DNA of 64,000 nt from Candidatus Wolframiiraptor gerlachensis (GCA_021323375.2 JAJPCT020000016.1:85571-149570); one strand, 5' to 3'. Positions 49,317 through 60,224 are shown, numbered from the stretch's first letter. Notes: a model not told the origin generated them from the sequence alone. Numbers and translations are program-made.

Positions 49317-50021
49317 TCACCTCCCAAAACCGGCATCGGGCTTGATGATCCAATACCATGATCCATCAGGAAGCTCCACCTTTATCGTGCCCAATTCTTT
49401 AAGCCGGGTCCTAAGGCCTTCTAGAATACGCTGCATGAACCCCTCTCTATCATAGACGATTATGGCATTCTCTAGTAGATCGAGGTAGAATGGCTGAATT
49501 CTCTCAGCCTCACTCGGCGTCAGGAGTATGGGGTCTATCAGTGGATAGAGCCTCTTCTCCCTCCATAGCTTCAGCCTCTCGGACTCAAGCCCGGCCACGA
49601 TCCATCTCCATAGCTTTAGCCTATCAGAGTAGCCCTCCGGCAGTTCCTCGGCCACGATCAATAGATCCACATCGCTTTCAGCCCTCGCCCTTCCAGCCGC
49701 CACGGACCCGAAAATCACCAGCGAGATGAGCTTATCCCAGAAGCCCTCCACAATTTTAGCGACAAGCAGCTCCAGAAAGCCTAGGTAATCCTTCTGGACG
49801 ATCTTATCCCTCCATTTATGGCCAGCCCGTTCCAAGACGAGCACAATGGGATGAGAGGCCTTAAAAACTCCTCTGGAGACCCTCACCAAATAACCAGCCC
49901 TACATAGCCTGTGTAAAATCAAGTAGGGGTTCTCTGCCCCTATAACATCTAGAGCATCAGATGCCCTGAACTCCCTCAACCCGAACCTTAGTAAAAGCTT
50001 AGAATACACCTCGGTCAACAC
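49317..50021 (-). CDS. MNT nucleotidyltransferase antitoxin with N-terminal wHTH
   Basis: FGSVAAG...ESDVDLLIV. Confidence 0.88.
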   Translation of the reverse strand: MLTEVYSKLLLRFGLREFRASDALDVIGAENPYLILHRLCRAGYLVRVSRGVFKASHPIVLVLERAGHKWRDKIVQKDYLGFLELLVAKIVEGFWDKLISLVIFGSVAAGRARAESDVDLLIVAEELPEGYSDRLKLWRWIVAGLESERLKLWREKRLYPLIDPILLTPSEAERIQPFYLDLLENAIIVYDREGFMQRILEGLRTRLKELGTIKVELPDGSWYWIIKPDAGFGR

Positions 50022-50174
50022 ATCTTTTACAGAAAATATTTCAGATTCTGATTAACTTGCAATGGCAGCCCTACAACCACCTTAGCCCTCCATAAGCAGG
50101 TGATATAAGGTTTCAAGAGGTCGTAAAGCGGTAAGCCAATTGGTTTATATTTTGGTTTACTGGTTGGAATACTT

Positions 50175-50402
50175 GTGAGCGAGGTCATAAGTTTCAAGGT
50201 TTCTAAAGAGTTGAAGGAGAAGTATGAGAAGCTGAAGGACGTTATTGACTGGCCGGCGGAGCTGAGAGCCTTTGTTGAGGAGAGGGTTCGAAGGGCTGAA
50301 AGGTCGCTTGTCATACGCAAGATACTGGAGAAGAGGCCTCGAGAAGTTCTTCCAAGGGGTTCTGTTGTGGCGGTCATAAGGGAGGATAGAGAGGGTGATT
50401 GA
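50175..50402 (+). CDS. VapB-type (RHH-like) antitoxin
   Basis: VISFKVSKELKE...IDW..ELR; overlaps the PIN gene. Confidence 0.8.
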   Translation: MSEVISFKVSKELKEKYEKLKDVIDWPAELRAFVEERVRRAERSLVIRKILEKRPREVLPRGSVVAVIREDREGD

Positions 50403-50775
50403 TGCATCGGTTATAGCGAAGCTGATAATGCGTGAGGAGGATTATGTTAAGGCAGCTAAGGAGATAGAGGCTGATGGTGAGACACTTGATTTAGCAATAC
50501 TTGAAGTGGCGAATGTGATTCTAAAGTATCATAGGAGAGGGGTTCTCTCCGCTCAGGAGGCGCGGGAGAAATTTGAAGAGCTCAAAGAGCTTTCAAAGAC
50601 GCTCAGAGTTCTCGATTTCAAGAAATTCTTGGAGCAGGCGTTCGAGCTCGCGATAATGACTAACTTGACGGTCTATGATTTCCTCTACATAGTCAGCTCC
50701 AGCAAGCTGGTGACATCAGACATCAAGCAAGCCGAGGCCGCCAAACAGCATGGGAGAAAAGTGATCTTGATCTAG
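50395..50775 (+). CDS. VapC PIN-domain toxin
   Basis: IDASV, EVANV, LTVYD.LY, LVTSD. Confidence 0.88.
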   Translation: MIDASVIAKLIMREEDYVKAAKEIEADGETLDLAILEVANVILKYHRRGVLSAQEAREKFEELKELSKTLRVLDFKKFLEQAFELAIMTNLTVYDFLYIVSSSKLVTSDIKQAEAAKQHGRKVILI

Positions 50776-50889
50776 ATGGATCTCAATATCCTGCTTCTCA
50801 GCCCATATTGGTAACATCATTATTCTAGGTCCTTCAACCTAATCGGTCAAAAGAACTTAAGGGAGATCTCGATTTCTAGGTTCGAGATT

Positions 50890-52398
50890 TTAACATACTT
50901 TTACCGACCTCCTATCCCTGTAATTTATGTAGGCTAGCATTAGCACGCATGCTAATTCTGCTATTGCCGAGATCTTTAATGCGTCTTCTAGGCGTGTGAC
51001 TTTTCTGAGGATGATCTTGACCCTAGAGTCCTCGGATAAATTCACGCTCACAGATCCTCTTAGCCCCGGGGCTGTGGCCTCGATCAGGTATTCTCCGGGT
51101 GGCAGTAGGTATGAGCATGTGCCATTTTCATGATTGAAGATTGTGCCGTTTATTCTCAGTTCTAGGCCTTTTGGAAGCTCATCGTCCCAAGGGATAATCT
51201 CCACGATGAGCCTTCTTAGGCTTATGGTCAGGTTGTATGCTTTCCCGCTCATTAAGTTGATTGTGATGGAGCTGGTCTCGAATCCATTAACATATACCCT
51301 TACTGGGGCTTTGAGCGGAGGGCTTGGAGGGGCTGGAATGCTTTCATTTCGCCTTAACAGCATGTATGCTGTGTTATCGATTATGCTCACGGGGATGCTG
51401 GCAGCTATGGAGGCATTCGTAACCTGATTTCCATGCTGATCCTGAATTCTGAGAAGAGCTAGAGGTGGTGTCAGCTCGAGAATCTCCACCTCTCCTACAT
51501 TAGCTCTAACGACTTTTATGGATCGGTTTAATGCTTCGCTTAATGGGATGAAGATTATTCTATCGACTGGCATCTTGACAAAATCGATAAATCTTCTATC
51601 GAGGATGTATGCCGGCCTTGAGACCGCATAGGTTTCATTCAGCCATATCCTTATGACTGCTTTGCCGGGTCTAAGGGGTATGACTCCTCCAGTATCAGGT
51701 TCATGCATCGCTGGGAGGTGTATGCGAAGAAGAGTGTCCTCCACCCTCGCTGTAGCCCTTGCCATCAGTGGCTCAAGCTCTAGCCGGTAAGCTGATCCTT
51801 TTAGAGAGCCCTCATAAATGATGCTGCTCTCCGATAGTATATCCACGATGATCTCCTTCCCGAGCTTAGCCCCGAGATCTTCTCCGAGGAGGATGCTTAG
51901 ATTCAGCCAATTATCCTCCCCGGCTATTAGCGGATATCTTCCAAGACCCTCAACATCTATGAAAACAGCATCAGGGGAGCCATCAATCTCTGCTACAAGA
52001 CACTTCTCACTAATCCTATACCTCACATATGATGGAATCTTTTCAGGATCTTTTACGGTGATGTGCATATATCCGTCATTTATGATCTCTAGTGTCCAGA
52101 TTCCAGCATCAGACTCCTCGCCGAACACTTTCAGGAGCGTGGGCTCGCCTGCCCCGATCCTGTGAATGCTTTCTAGACCGTTTGGAGACCTCAATATTAC
52201 TTCGACCTCGCCTCCAACAGCTCTAGCCCATAGCTCCTCGCCCAGCTGGAACTCGAGGGAGCCGTTCTCTAGGAAGGGGAGGAGATTTGTGCTCGTATAG
52301 CCCACCATTAACCCCTTCTCATCTATTGTTAGGCCGAAGCATGTTGGGAGGAGCGCGAGCGCTATGAGGATTATCGGGAGGAGTATTCTTAGCATCAT
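50890..52398 (-). CDS. secreted/membrane-anchored hypothetical protein
   Basis: Signal peptide, beta-rich body, C-terminal TM. Confidence 0.7.
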   Translation of the reverse strand: MMLRILLPIILIALALLPTCFGLTIDEKGLMVGYTSTNLLPFLENGSLEFQLGEELWARAVGGEVEVILRSPNGLESIHRIGAGEPTLLKVFGEESDAGIWTLEIINDGYMHITVKDPEKIPSYVRYRISEKCLVAEIDGSPDAVFIDVEGLGRYPLIAGEDNWLNLSILLGEDLGAKLGKEIIVDILSESSIIYEGSLKGSAYRLELEPLMARATARVEDTLLRIHLPAMHEPDTGGVIPLRPGKAVIRIWLNETYAVSRPAYILDRRFIDFVKMPVDRIIFIPLSEALNRSIKVVRANVGEVEILELTPPLALLRIQDQHGNQVTNASIAASIPVSIIDNTAYMLLRRNESIPAPPSPPLKAPVRVYVNGFETSSITINLMSGKAYNLTISLRRLIVEIIPWDDELPKGLELRINGTIFNHENGTCSYLLPPGEYLIEATAPGLRGSVSVNLSEDSRVKIILRKVTRLEDALKISAIAELACVLMLAYINYRDRRSVKVC

Positions 52399-53087
52399 CT
52401 GGCCACCCTTAGATAGGTTATGAGGACGAGCGGGGCGGTTGAGGCGAGAATTATCGAGGCTATCCACACGATATCGCTTGAAAGACTGGATGTCGCGAAG
52501 ATTATGAGCGCGGCTAGGAGTAGGGCTATAACAGCCTCACGGCTCAGTATGAGCGATCTAATGGATGGTTTGCTTGTCGGTATTGTGCCCAGTATCCCCA
52601 TTACTGACAAGGCCATCAATGATAGGAAGATATTGTCTATGGGGCCATTACTAAAGGATGGCGAGGTGAGCAACACTTCCAAGAGCCTCATAAAGAATGT
52701 AAGTGGCGTTAATGTGCTCGACGAGATTCTCAGGAACAATATGCTGATGATTATTGATGATATGTAGGCGCTTAAGCGTATATGCGGCTTAACCTCATCC
52801 CTGGTGCCGGTAAGAATTATCAGGCCTAGTGATATGACGTAGCCTGAGGCGAGGCTTATGAGCGGGATTATATGGTCCAGAAACATCAAGGCAAATGATA
52901 TGAGAGCTGAAGTTAGTAAGATTATGATCATTACTTGGGTTAGGAGATCGAGTGAGAGGAATAGGAGGCTTATGAGCCCCATGATGATGAAGGGGTTCAA
53001 TTGCTCAAATGCTAGAAGGATTCTAATGACTGTGTAGGCTGCTGGGAGGCATATAAGTGCTGTAGTTAATGCCCTGTCGAGATTCAA
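52395..53087 (-). CDS. polytopic membrane protein
   Basis: Multiple hydrophobic segments; in the MoxR operon. Confidence 0.7.
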   Translation of the reverse strand: MNLDRALTTALICLPAAYTVIRILLAFEQLNPFIIMGLISLLFLSLDLLTQVMIIILLTSALISFALMFLDHIIPLISLASGYVISLGLIILTGTRDEVKPHIRLSAYISSIIISILFLRISSSTLTPLTFFMRLLEVLLTSPSFSNGPIDNIFLSLMALSVMGILGTIPTSKPSIRSLILSREAVIALLLAALIIFATSSLSSDIVWIASIILASTAPLVLITYLRVAR

Positions 53088-53088
53088 T

Positions 53089-54291
53089 CTAGACCGCCCT
53101 CCTATATGTGAGAACTCTCCTCAAACACTCGCCGAAATCCTCCAAGCTCGTTACAGCATATGGTATATCGAGAGCCTTCGCCTTCTCTAGGAGCCTTCTC
53201 ATCTCCAGATCAGTGGTCCTCTTAATCCACTCTTCTTTAGAGATCTCGAGGAGATCCGCCCCGAGGTCAATTAGAATGAGCTTAACCATGATTCCATGAG
53301 AGCTGAGCTTCTTAAGAAAGGCTGACTCCCTCTCATCAATCAGCCTCGTTATATGTATTAGCGATTTTATGTTCGGGATCCCGGGGATATCAATTACCCT
53401 CGACTTCTCTACGAGTAGTGTGGATGGCTCGCCGCTCTCACTCCACCTAATTAGCCAGATTCTAGAGCCCTCCTCTAAGTGGGGTAGAACAATTGCTAGG
53501 ATGCCTTGAACTATTTCTGAATATACCTTTAATCCATTTGGCAAAACTATCTCCAAGCCGCTTCCAATCCCAAATGCGAGGTCTCCTTTCATTAGCCTAT
53601 CATATAACTTCACATAGACCCTTCCATCATCCCTTTGAGCCGTCTTTCTCCAGTCAATAATCTTGGCAGGAGCCTCCGACTCCTGAAGCTGACTTATCCT
53701 ATATTCATGGTCGACCCCAATGAACTGGCTTTTTGAGAAGCCTATGAGGGGGTAGCTTAATGATGAGTAGGCTGATGGATGGCCCGGCAGTCTATCAGCC
53801 TCCATGATAAAGACCGGGATTCTTGGATGAATCTCAAGCTCCTTAACAATGACCCCAAGCGGATCCATAACAGCTATCTTCAGGGGGCCGGCGAATTTTA
53901 TGCCCGGATCCACCGATTTCACCACCAAGTCTATGGATGCTTCCTCATCACCCAGTAGCCCAGACCATGTTCTAGCGCCCCTAACAATCTCCAAGCCATC
54001 CAGATCAAGCCTGATTATTGCTGGGAGCCCCTTTCTGATCGATGTCACGGTCGCCCTTATCTCAACTTCGTCCCCAGTCCTTGATGGATTTGGATTCACG
54101 GTTATTGATGATATGAAGAGGTTGGGCGATATGCTCTTTAAGCCTCTTGAAGCGAGTAGGGCATAGATGGTTATGAAGATCATCAAGTATAGAGATAGCA
54201 CGATTATTGGTTGGAGATTTAACATGAGTGAGATCGCGAAAGATATGGATGCTGCCTGATAGAAGTAGGCGATCCTCTCACTAAGCATCAT
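53089..54291 (-). CDS. DUF58-family protein
   Basis: GPL.I...DPLG, IDWRKTA...VYVK; follows MoxR. Confidence 0.8.
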   Translation of the reverse strand: MMLSERIAYFYQAASISFAISLMLNLQPIIVLSLYLMIFITIYALLASRGLKSISPNLFISSITVNPNPSRTGDEVEIRATVTSIRKGLPAIIRLDLDGLEIVRGARTWSGLLGDEEASIDLVVKSVDPGIKFAGPLKIAVMDPLGVIVKELEIHPRIPVFIMEADRLPGHPSAYSSLSYPLIGFSKSQFIGVDHEYRISQLQESEAPAKIIDWRKTAQRDDGRVYVKLYDRLMKGDLAFGIGSGLEIVLPNGLKVYSEIVQGILAIVLPHLEEGSRIWLIRWSESGEPSTLLVEKSRVIDIPGIPNIKSLIHITRLIDERESAFLKKLSSHGIMVKLILIDLGADLLEISKEEWIKRTTDLEMRRLLEKAKALDIPYAVTSLEDFGECLRRVLTYRRAV

Positions 54292-55238
54292 CTTGGGGCG
54301 GGCACCTCTTCCAAGATCTCATCCAAAATCTTCATGACCTCCCTCCTAGACTCGAGTGGGTTCATGCTCCCTCCCCTGAGAATTATCCTATGATTGAACA
54401 CGAGTTTTGCAACGGATTTCACGTGGTCGGGGGTTACATAGCTCTTACCATCTATCGCCGCCATGGCCCTAGATGCGTATAATAGAGCTACCTCACCCCT
54501 AGGGCTTACGCCTAAAGATACCCTCTCATGCCTTCTAGTCGCCTCGGCTAGATCAACTATATACTCCATGATCGATTTATCAACATATACTTTCGAGGTG
54601 AATTCTATTGCTCTCAAAATGTCGTTGGGCTCGCAAACTACTTCCACGTTTATGGCCTCACCATGGACGAGCTTTTTCGAGAGCATCTCAAGCTCCACCT
54701 CCCTGTCTGGATACCCGGCTACAACCCTCACGAGGAATCTATCGAGCTCGGCTTCCGGGAGATAATATGTCCCCTCAAACTCTATCGGGTTCTGGGTGGC
54801 TATTATCATGAAGGGCCTCGGCAGCGGGTATCTAACACCCTCGACCGTTACCTGTCTCTCCTGCATGGCCTCGAGAAGGGCTGACTGAGATCTTGGAGAA
54901 GCCCTGTTAATCTCGTCGGCCAGCACTATGTTCGAGAAGATAGGCCCCCTCCTAAATTCAAACCTATTCGCCACGCGATCATAGATAATAGACCCGATTA
55001 TGTCGCTTGGAAGTATATCAGCCGTGAACTGTATTCTCTTGAAGTCGAGTGATAGGGCTGATGAGAATGCTCGGGCTAGATAAGTCTTCGCTATCCCGGG
55101 AGGCCCCTCTATCAAAACATGGCCCTCTGATAGCAGCGCGATTGTCAATGCTTGAATCACGTCATCCATTCCCGCGATAACCTCATGGACAGCCTCCGAA
55201 AGCCTCTCAGCAAGATCCTTGACGAAGAGTGCATTCAA
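54288..55238 (-). CDS. MoxR-family AAA+ ATPase
   Basis: EGPPGIAKT, RIQFT.D.LPSD, DEINRA, ATQNP.E.EGTY.LPEA.LDRF. Confidence 0.95.
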   Translation of the reverse strand: MNALFVKDLAERLSEAVHEVIAGMDDVIQALTIALLSEGHVLIEGPPGIAKTYLARAFSSALSLDFKRIQFTADILPSDIIGSIIYDRVANRFEFRRGPIFSNIVLADEINRASPRSQSALLEAMQERQVTVEGVRYPLPRPFMIIATQNPIEFEGTYYLPEAELDRFLVRVVAGYPDREVELEMLSKKLVHGEAINVEVVCEPNDILRAIEFTSKVYVDKSIMEYIVDLAEATRRHERVSLGVSPRGEVALLYASRAMAAIDGKSYVTPDHVKSVAKLVFNHRIILRGGSMNPLESRREVMKILDEILEEVPAPR

Positions 55239-55393
55239 GATCTTAACCTCCTAACCGCCATAGCTATTGGATCGAATTTGTATCTTGGTTTAGGGGGCTT
55301 AGGCTTCTCCTCCTCAACAGTATATGTCGGTAGAAGTAGGCTGAGGATTACCGGTAAGATCACCAACATCACTGCCAAGATTACCCCAATCAA
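55235..55393 (-). CDS. small single-TM protein (52 aa, not in the ORF track)
   Basis: MIGVILAVMLVILPVILSLLLPTYTVEEEKPKPPKPRYKFDPIAMAVRRLRS*; overlaps both neighbours by 4 nt. Confidence 0.7.
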   Translation of the reverse strand: MIGVILAVMLVILPVILSLLLPTYTVEEEKPKPPKPRYKFDPIAMAVRRLRS

Positions 55394-55851
55394 CCTCTAC
55401 TCCTCCATAACTTAATCTCGGAGATCAGTTTAATCAAGCTTCTCCTAAAATCGTCAAGATCCTCGCGCCTAACGCTTTCTCTCCCAAACCTGACAGGCTC
55501 ATATATCTCATATAGCCTCATAAGGCTCTGCCCAGCCCCCTCAGAAAGCCTCGAGCATATCGTGAGTGCAGCTTCTTTAGGTGTTAATCCACTGCTTAGG
55601 CTTAGCCTAAGATAGCTCTTAAGATCGTCTAAAACCCTGTTAAAGGTTTCTATTATCGCCTCATTAGGGCCCCTAGATCTCAGCAAATAATCAAATGTTG
55701 AGATCCATGAGGTTGATAATGGTATAAGGCTTTTCTCGTGCTTCATCGCCCTCCTCCTTCTAATCAAGTTTAAGGCTAGGATTACGATTAGAACAAGTAG
55801 TATCGCGTTGATGACTATCAAGAATTGGGCCTCGAGCGATAATTCTATCAT
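55390..55851 (-). CDS. DUF4129-like membrane-anchored protein
   Basis: LTPKE...L..IYE.VRFG motif. Confidence 0.75.
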   Translation of the reverse strand: MIELSLEAQFLIVINAILLVLIVILALNLIRRRRAMKHEKSLIPLSTSWISTFDYLLRSRGPNEAIIETFNRVLDDLKSYLRLSLSSGLTPKEAALTICSRLSEGAGQSLMRLYEIYEPVRFGRESVRREDLDDFRRSLIKLISEIKLWRSRG

Positions 55852-56735
55852 CCAGCCTCTAGCTCCTCTAAGACAACCCGCTCAACAGGGAGATACGTCA
55901 TATCCGGAAGAATATATGCTGAAAAGTCTCTAATCTCAACAGTCTTAACAATTCTGAAGCCTCCAGGCCAGTCTGATAGGTAATTTACTCTCGGGTTCAG
56001 CCAGAAGTTCCGTGAAAGCTCTTTTAGCTTTCTTGGAATTTCTTTCAGCCCGATGGGGCTCTCAGCATCCTCCCGATACAACTTAATCTCCCCGGTGGGC
56101 GTGTAATATACTACGACCGGAACGCCGACATAATATGATCCGTTTAATGGCAACTTAAACTCTAATGTTACAATCGATTCGTAATAGGCGCTCTTCAAAT
56201 TCACGTTAATATCTGTCGGGTTGAGCCTATAGAGAAAGAATTTGACCACGAATGTTTCATTCCCCTCAACGCTAACACGACCCCTCCAGAAGCAGACTGG
56301 ATCACGATTATATGGCCTCGGATTCACCATGAGTGTGAAATTTCCCTTGGGGGCTGAGAGAATCACCTCACCACTCGCATTTGTGAAACCGAAATATTCT
56401 GCTCGCAAGATATAGGAGGGGCCGGTTGTTATAGCGGCCCCATCCATCACGAGCACTAAAGCCCCCCTAACAGGGTTAAGCTCATACTCAGTCTCATTCC
56501 CCATAAACTCTCTTGAGAATCCCATATCCGCCTCCAAAACCCTAACCCTAATTCTCGTGATTGCAGGGCTTGCCTCGACCTCTGATGATCCGGCCATGAC
56601 TACTATATTCCCAACACTCTCAAAGGGCCCAAATATTCCACCCATAATTGGAGGGAAGCTGAGAAAAGCCAACATAAGTAACATTATGGCCACTATTAAG
56701 CAGATAACCCTCCACCACGTTTTGACGCCGCCCAC
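55848..56735 (-). CDS. membrane-anchored hypothetical protein
   Basis: N-terminal TM; first gene of the MoxR operon. Confidence 0.7.
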   Translation of the reverse strand: MGGVKTWWRVICLIVAIMLLMLAFLSFPPIMGGIFGPFESVGNIVVMAGSSEVEASPAITRIRVRVLEADMGFSREFMGNETEYELNPVRGALVLVMDGAAITTGPSYILRAEYFGFTNASGEVILSAPKGNFTLMVNPRPYNRDPVCFWRGRVSVEGNETFVVKFFLYRLNPTDINVNLKSAYYESIVTLEFKLPLNGSYYVGVPVVVYYTPTGEIKLYREDAESPIGLKEIPRKLKELSRNFWLNPRVNYLSDWPGGFRIVKTVEIRDFSAYILPDMTYLPVERVVLEELEAG

Positions 56736-56956
56736 CTTCCTCCTAAATAAAAGCCCCTCAACATTCTATTTATCTTATCCCAGCTATTCCGGCTTAGAAT
56801 CCTCTTCAGAAAAACTCGGATGAGTTAGCAGAGTGTGATAAATTCTTTAAAGCATTGGAAGAATAGAGGCTTTATATTCGCTATAAGGCCGAGGAAGGTG
56901 AGATCATGGATATAGTGGGCGCTAGTTGTCAGGTAATTAGGTATGGCGGCGGCTCA

Positions 56957-57442
56957 TCATTTTTTAAGTCTTAATACCACCGAGGCCTCCATCTGCCTCT
57001 CAGGAATATTCCAGTATGTTCGAAGAAGTTTATCTTTTTCTTCAGGTAACACGAGTTTAAAACCATGCTTCTCATAAAAGCAAATGGCCCAAGTCGCATT
57101 TGCCCATGTCCCTACTAGGATCTCAGAGGTTTTAGCCAAGCTTATTAGATGTCTTAATAGCTTGCTACCAATTCCTCTTCTCTGGTGTTCTGGAAGCACA
57201 TAGGCGTGACGAATCAACGTAACATCCCCGACAAATTGGATCCCCATTACTCCGAGCAGGACATCATTTTCAAACCAGCCATAAAATTCGACACCCGAAT
57301 CGATCTCATGCCTCAACTCCTCGCTTGACATATAAGGCTCCTTCCATAAATCGTCTGGAATCACGCCCTTGTAAGCCTGTGCGGCATCATTAATAACTTT
57401 CAGTATAGGGTCAAAATTAGAAGGTGATAATTTGCGGATCAT
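56957..57442 (-). CDS. GNAT N-acetyltransferase
   Basis: YVLPEHQRRGIGSKLL, FYEKHGF. Confidence 0.9.
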   Translation of the reverse strand: MIRKLSPSNFDPILKVINDAAQAYKGVIPDDLWKEPYMSSEELRHEIDSGVEFYGWFENDVLLGVMGIQFVGDVTLIRHAYVLPEHQRRGIGSKLLRHLISLAKTSEILVGTWANATWAICFYEKHGFKLVLPEEKDKLLRTYWNIPERQMEASVVLRLKK

Positions 57443-57614
57443 TATTTACGCACCCCTCATTGCTTTCATTTCTGTCAGTTTTGCTTAAGAGTTTCTTTTA
57501 TGTTTGCTATCCAGTACGCATATGCCTTTAATTCAGCACGCAAACATGTAAAAACTTTAACGAAAACGTGAGATCCATCAATCCTTAAATAACGTTAACG
57601 TCGCAATTTGATGT

Positions 57615-58076
57615 ATGAGAGAAAGTCAAAGAAAGGAGGAGGCAAAATATGTATACATGACAACGGTTGTTTTGATTCTTTTGATCGGCTTTTGTTTAAG
57701 ACTATTTTTCGGCCCTCTTTTATTCCCAATTACTGATGTTGTGGCTTGGTCTATTGGAGGAATATTTCTTCTCATCAGCTCTATAATATCTTATCAATGG
57801 CATAAGTTAAAAGGTAAGATATATGAGGGAAAACTGGTAACAGAGGGTATATATGCATATATTCGGCATCCCCATTATTCATCCATAATTCTAATGATTT
57901 TTGGAATCTCCTTTTTATTACAATCTCTGTTGGTTTTCCTTTTCGCTATTTTAAATGTTATAATCTTAAACCAAGCTGCTAAAGAGGAAGAGGGCTACTT
58001 AATTAAAAAACATGGAGCTATATACGAAGAATATATGAGAAAGGTTCGCTGGCGCTTCATACCACTGGTGATATAA
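57615..58076 (+). CDS. isoprenylcysteine/phospholipid methyltransferase family membrane protein
   Basis: LVTEGIYAYIRHP.Y, EEE.YL....G..Y.EY...V..RFIP; AT-rich. Confidence 0.88.
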   Translation: MRESQRKEEAKYVYMTTVVLILLIGFCLRLFFGPLLFPITDVVAWSIGGIFLLISSIISYQWHKLKGKIYEGKLVTEGIYAYIRHPHYSSIILMIFGISFLLQSLLVFLFAILNVIILNQAAKEEEGYLIKKHGAIYEEYMRKVRWRFIPLVI

Positions 58077-58410
58077 ATGAGAAGTAAATCATCCATTAGA
58101 ATACGCTTCAATCGACTTAGGATCGCCACTTTTTAATTAAGCCCACGTATACTTCATTACTTTTGAGGTCGATTATAATTATGGATCAGATCATAGGAGT
58201 AAGAATATTTTATTCTCCTAAGACATTGCTTAGGTACGGTGGCAATTTTGGAAATCTGAGGGGAAAGTAACCCTAACTATTTGTTTAGGGTTAGCTTTCA
58301 TAACATAACTCTAAGAGCTTGAGGACAATCTAGAATGTTGGAGCCTGATCCTGAAAATAACCCCGTTGCTGAAGAGAAGCTATCACATGAGCTAGTTTAG
58401 ATGAGGTTGC

Positions 58411-59106
58411 TTGATAACCATAATCTTATTAAAGAGTGTTGATGCTATCATGGCTGAGGCGTGTCTGATGTCCTTGAGGGAGCTGAAGTCTAGGATTCTT
58501 AGGTTGTTGAGGGAGGATGAGGAGTTTAGGTATGCTGTTGCGGGTTTGATAGGCTTAGAGGAAATACTCAAAAGACTTGATAGACATGAGGCCGAGCTCG
58601 TCAAGCTTAGAGAAAACATGGTTAGACACGAATCTGAGCTTGTTAAGCTTAGGGAGGACATGAATAGGCTTAGGGAGGATATGATTAGGGGTTTTGAGCT
58701 TGTTGAGAGGCGTATCGAGCTCGTTGAGAGGCATGTTAGCGCCTTGGGTGCTAGGTGGGGTCTTATGGCCGAGAGTGCTTTCAGGGAGAGCTTGAGAGGC
58801 TTACTAGAGAGGGAATTCGGGTTCAAGGTTGAGAGGTGGAGGGCCTATGACGAGTCGGGGATGGTCTTCGGATATCCTAGCGAGGTTGAGATAGATGTTA
58901 CCGTAAGCAATGAAAAGCTCATACTGATTGAGGTATCGTCGCACGTAAGAGCGTCAGATGTGTTACAGTTCAGGAGAAAGGCCGAACTATATGAAAGGAA
59001 AACTGGGAGAAGGCCGGATAGACTACTAATGGTCACACCATACATCGATGAGAAGGCCTTAGAGGCTGCAAGGCGGCTAGGAATAGAGGTGTATACCAAG
59101 GTTTAG
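58411..59106 (+). CDS. coiled-coil plus PD-(D/E)XK nuclease-like protein (DUF3782-like)
   Basis: EDEEFRYAVAGLIG, heptad repeats, ALGARWG...E..FR, EVEID...ILIEV. Confidence 0.85.
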   Translation: MITIILLKSVDAIMAEACLMSLRELKSRILRLLREDEEFRYAVAGLIGLEEILKRLDRHEAELVKLRENMVRHESELVKLREDMNRLREDMIRGFELVERRIELVERHVSALGARWGLMAESAFRESLRGLLEREFGFKVERWRAYDESGMVFGYPSEVEIDVTVSNEKLILIEVSSHVRASDVLQFRRKAELYERKTGRRPDRLLMVTPYIDEKALEAARRLGIEVYTKV

Positions 59107-59214
59107 TATGGGCTGGTTCCCATTTTTCAGGGCGGGGTTTCCGGTATTTTTAGGAGATTCATGAGCCCTCGATTAGATGCAGCTTTGATAATCACGAGCT
59201 TTAGGAATACCCCT

Positions 59215-59613
59215 TTAAGATTTCTTGAATTCATTGATCATCCTTCTTATCAGTGTTATGGCGTATTCGGCCTCGCCCGGGTTGTAGACTCCTTCATAGA
59301 AGGCTTCATCGTGTAGTGTCCTCATTATATCGCTGTACATTGCTCTTAGGTCTTCGCGTCCAATCCGTCTGAGTAGAGACCTCCTCTCGGCATGAGACTT
59401 GGCTATGATGTTTAGCTTCATCTTGATATATGAGTTCACGGCCAAGACCATTGCTAAGAAGGCCTTCTCCACGGCGCTCCTATAGAGCAGGATGTCCCCG
59501 GTTTTAACAGCTTTCCTAAACTCCTCCTCAGCGTATCCCAGAATCTCCTCCGCGGTCGCTAAGGCCACATCATCCTCCGGTAGCGCCCCTGGCCCGAGAT
59601 CCGATCCCGTCAT
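59215..59613 (-). CDS. PaREP1/HEPN-like protein
   Basis: A.EKAFLA, SH.ERR, LH.EAFYEG. Confidence 0.75.
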   Translation of the reverse strand: MTGSDLGPGALPEDDVALATAEEILGYAEEEFRKAVKTGDILLYRSAVEKAFLAMVLAVNSYIKMKLNIIAKSHAERRSLLRRIGREDLRAMYSDIMRTLHDEAFYEGVYNPGEAEYAITLIRRMINEFKKS

Positions 59614-60224
59614 TATCTTAGCTGGATGGTTGGCAAGTTGAGATATAAGTATTGGACTTTTTGACGACCTAACGCTTCTCGACCTGGGTTATGATGTCTT
59701 TGTCTTGGATAGCTGGGAAGCTTATCATACTCCATACCAGGCATGGATAGAGCACACACTGGCCGTAACATCGCCATCGAAACGATGGAAGAAATAGAAA
59801 GGGACTTTGAAAAGGAGCTCAAGAACATTGAAGATAAATTAGTCGAAGAAAGGGCCGGAGAGGCCAGTTTCTAAAAGGTAAAACTCCAAGCAAACAGCCT
59901 GAGAAGATAGACTTTGAACTCTAAAAATATGATTAATAACGTGTAGGCAGACTTTTGCTATTGAGAACCCAAACAAGGGAAAGATGTATGAGCGTATTGC
60001 TCGCATCAAGGTTTAGGGCCCTTATAGCGGCTCTTTTCGATACCGATCTTTTTAGCGGTCTTCTTTCTGCCAACATCTATTATTGGCCTCATCTGGCTGG
60101 TAAGCTCAGGCTTATGGGCATCTCCTTCTAGGAGCTAGGTTATCAGGAACGCTCCAAAATATCCATCTATTAGAGCTTGAAAAGTTTAATATTTTAAGAG
60201 CCTAGAGCAATATCGAGAAATCAA

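Noticed and set aside
58570-58740. Tandem DNA repeats in the DUF3782-like gene
   Set aside because: They encode the variable coiled-coil heptads typical of this family, not a non-coding array.
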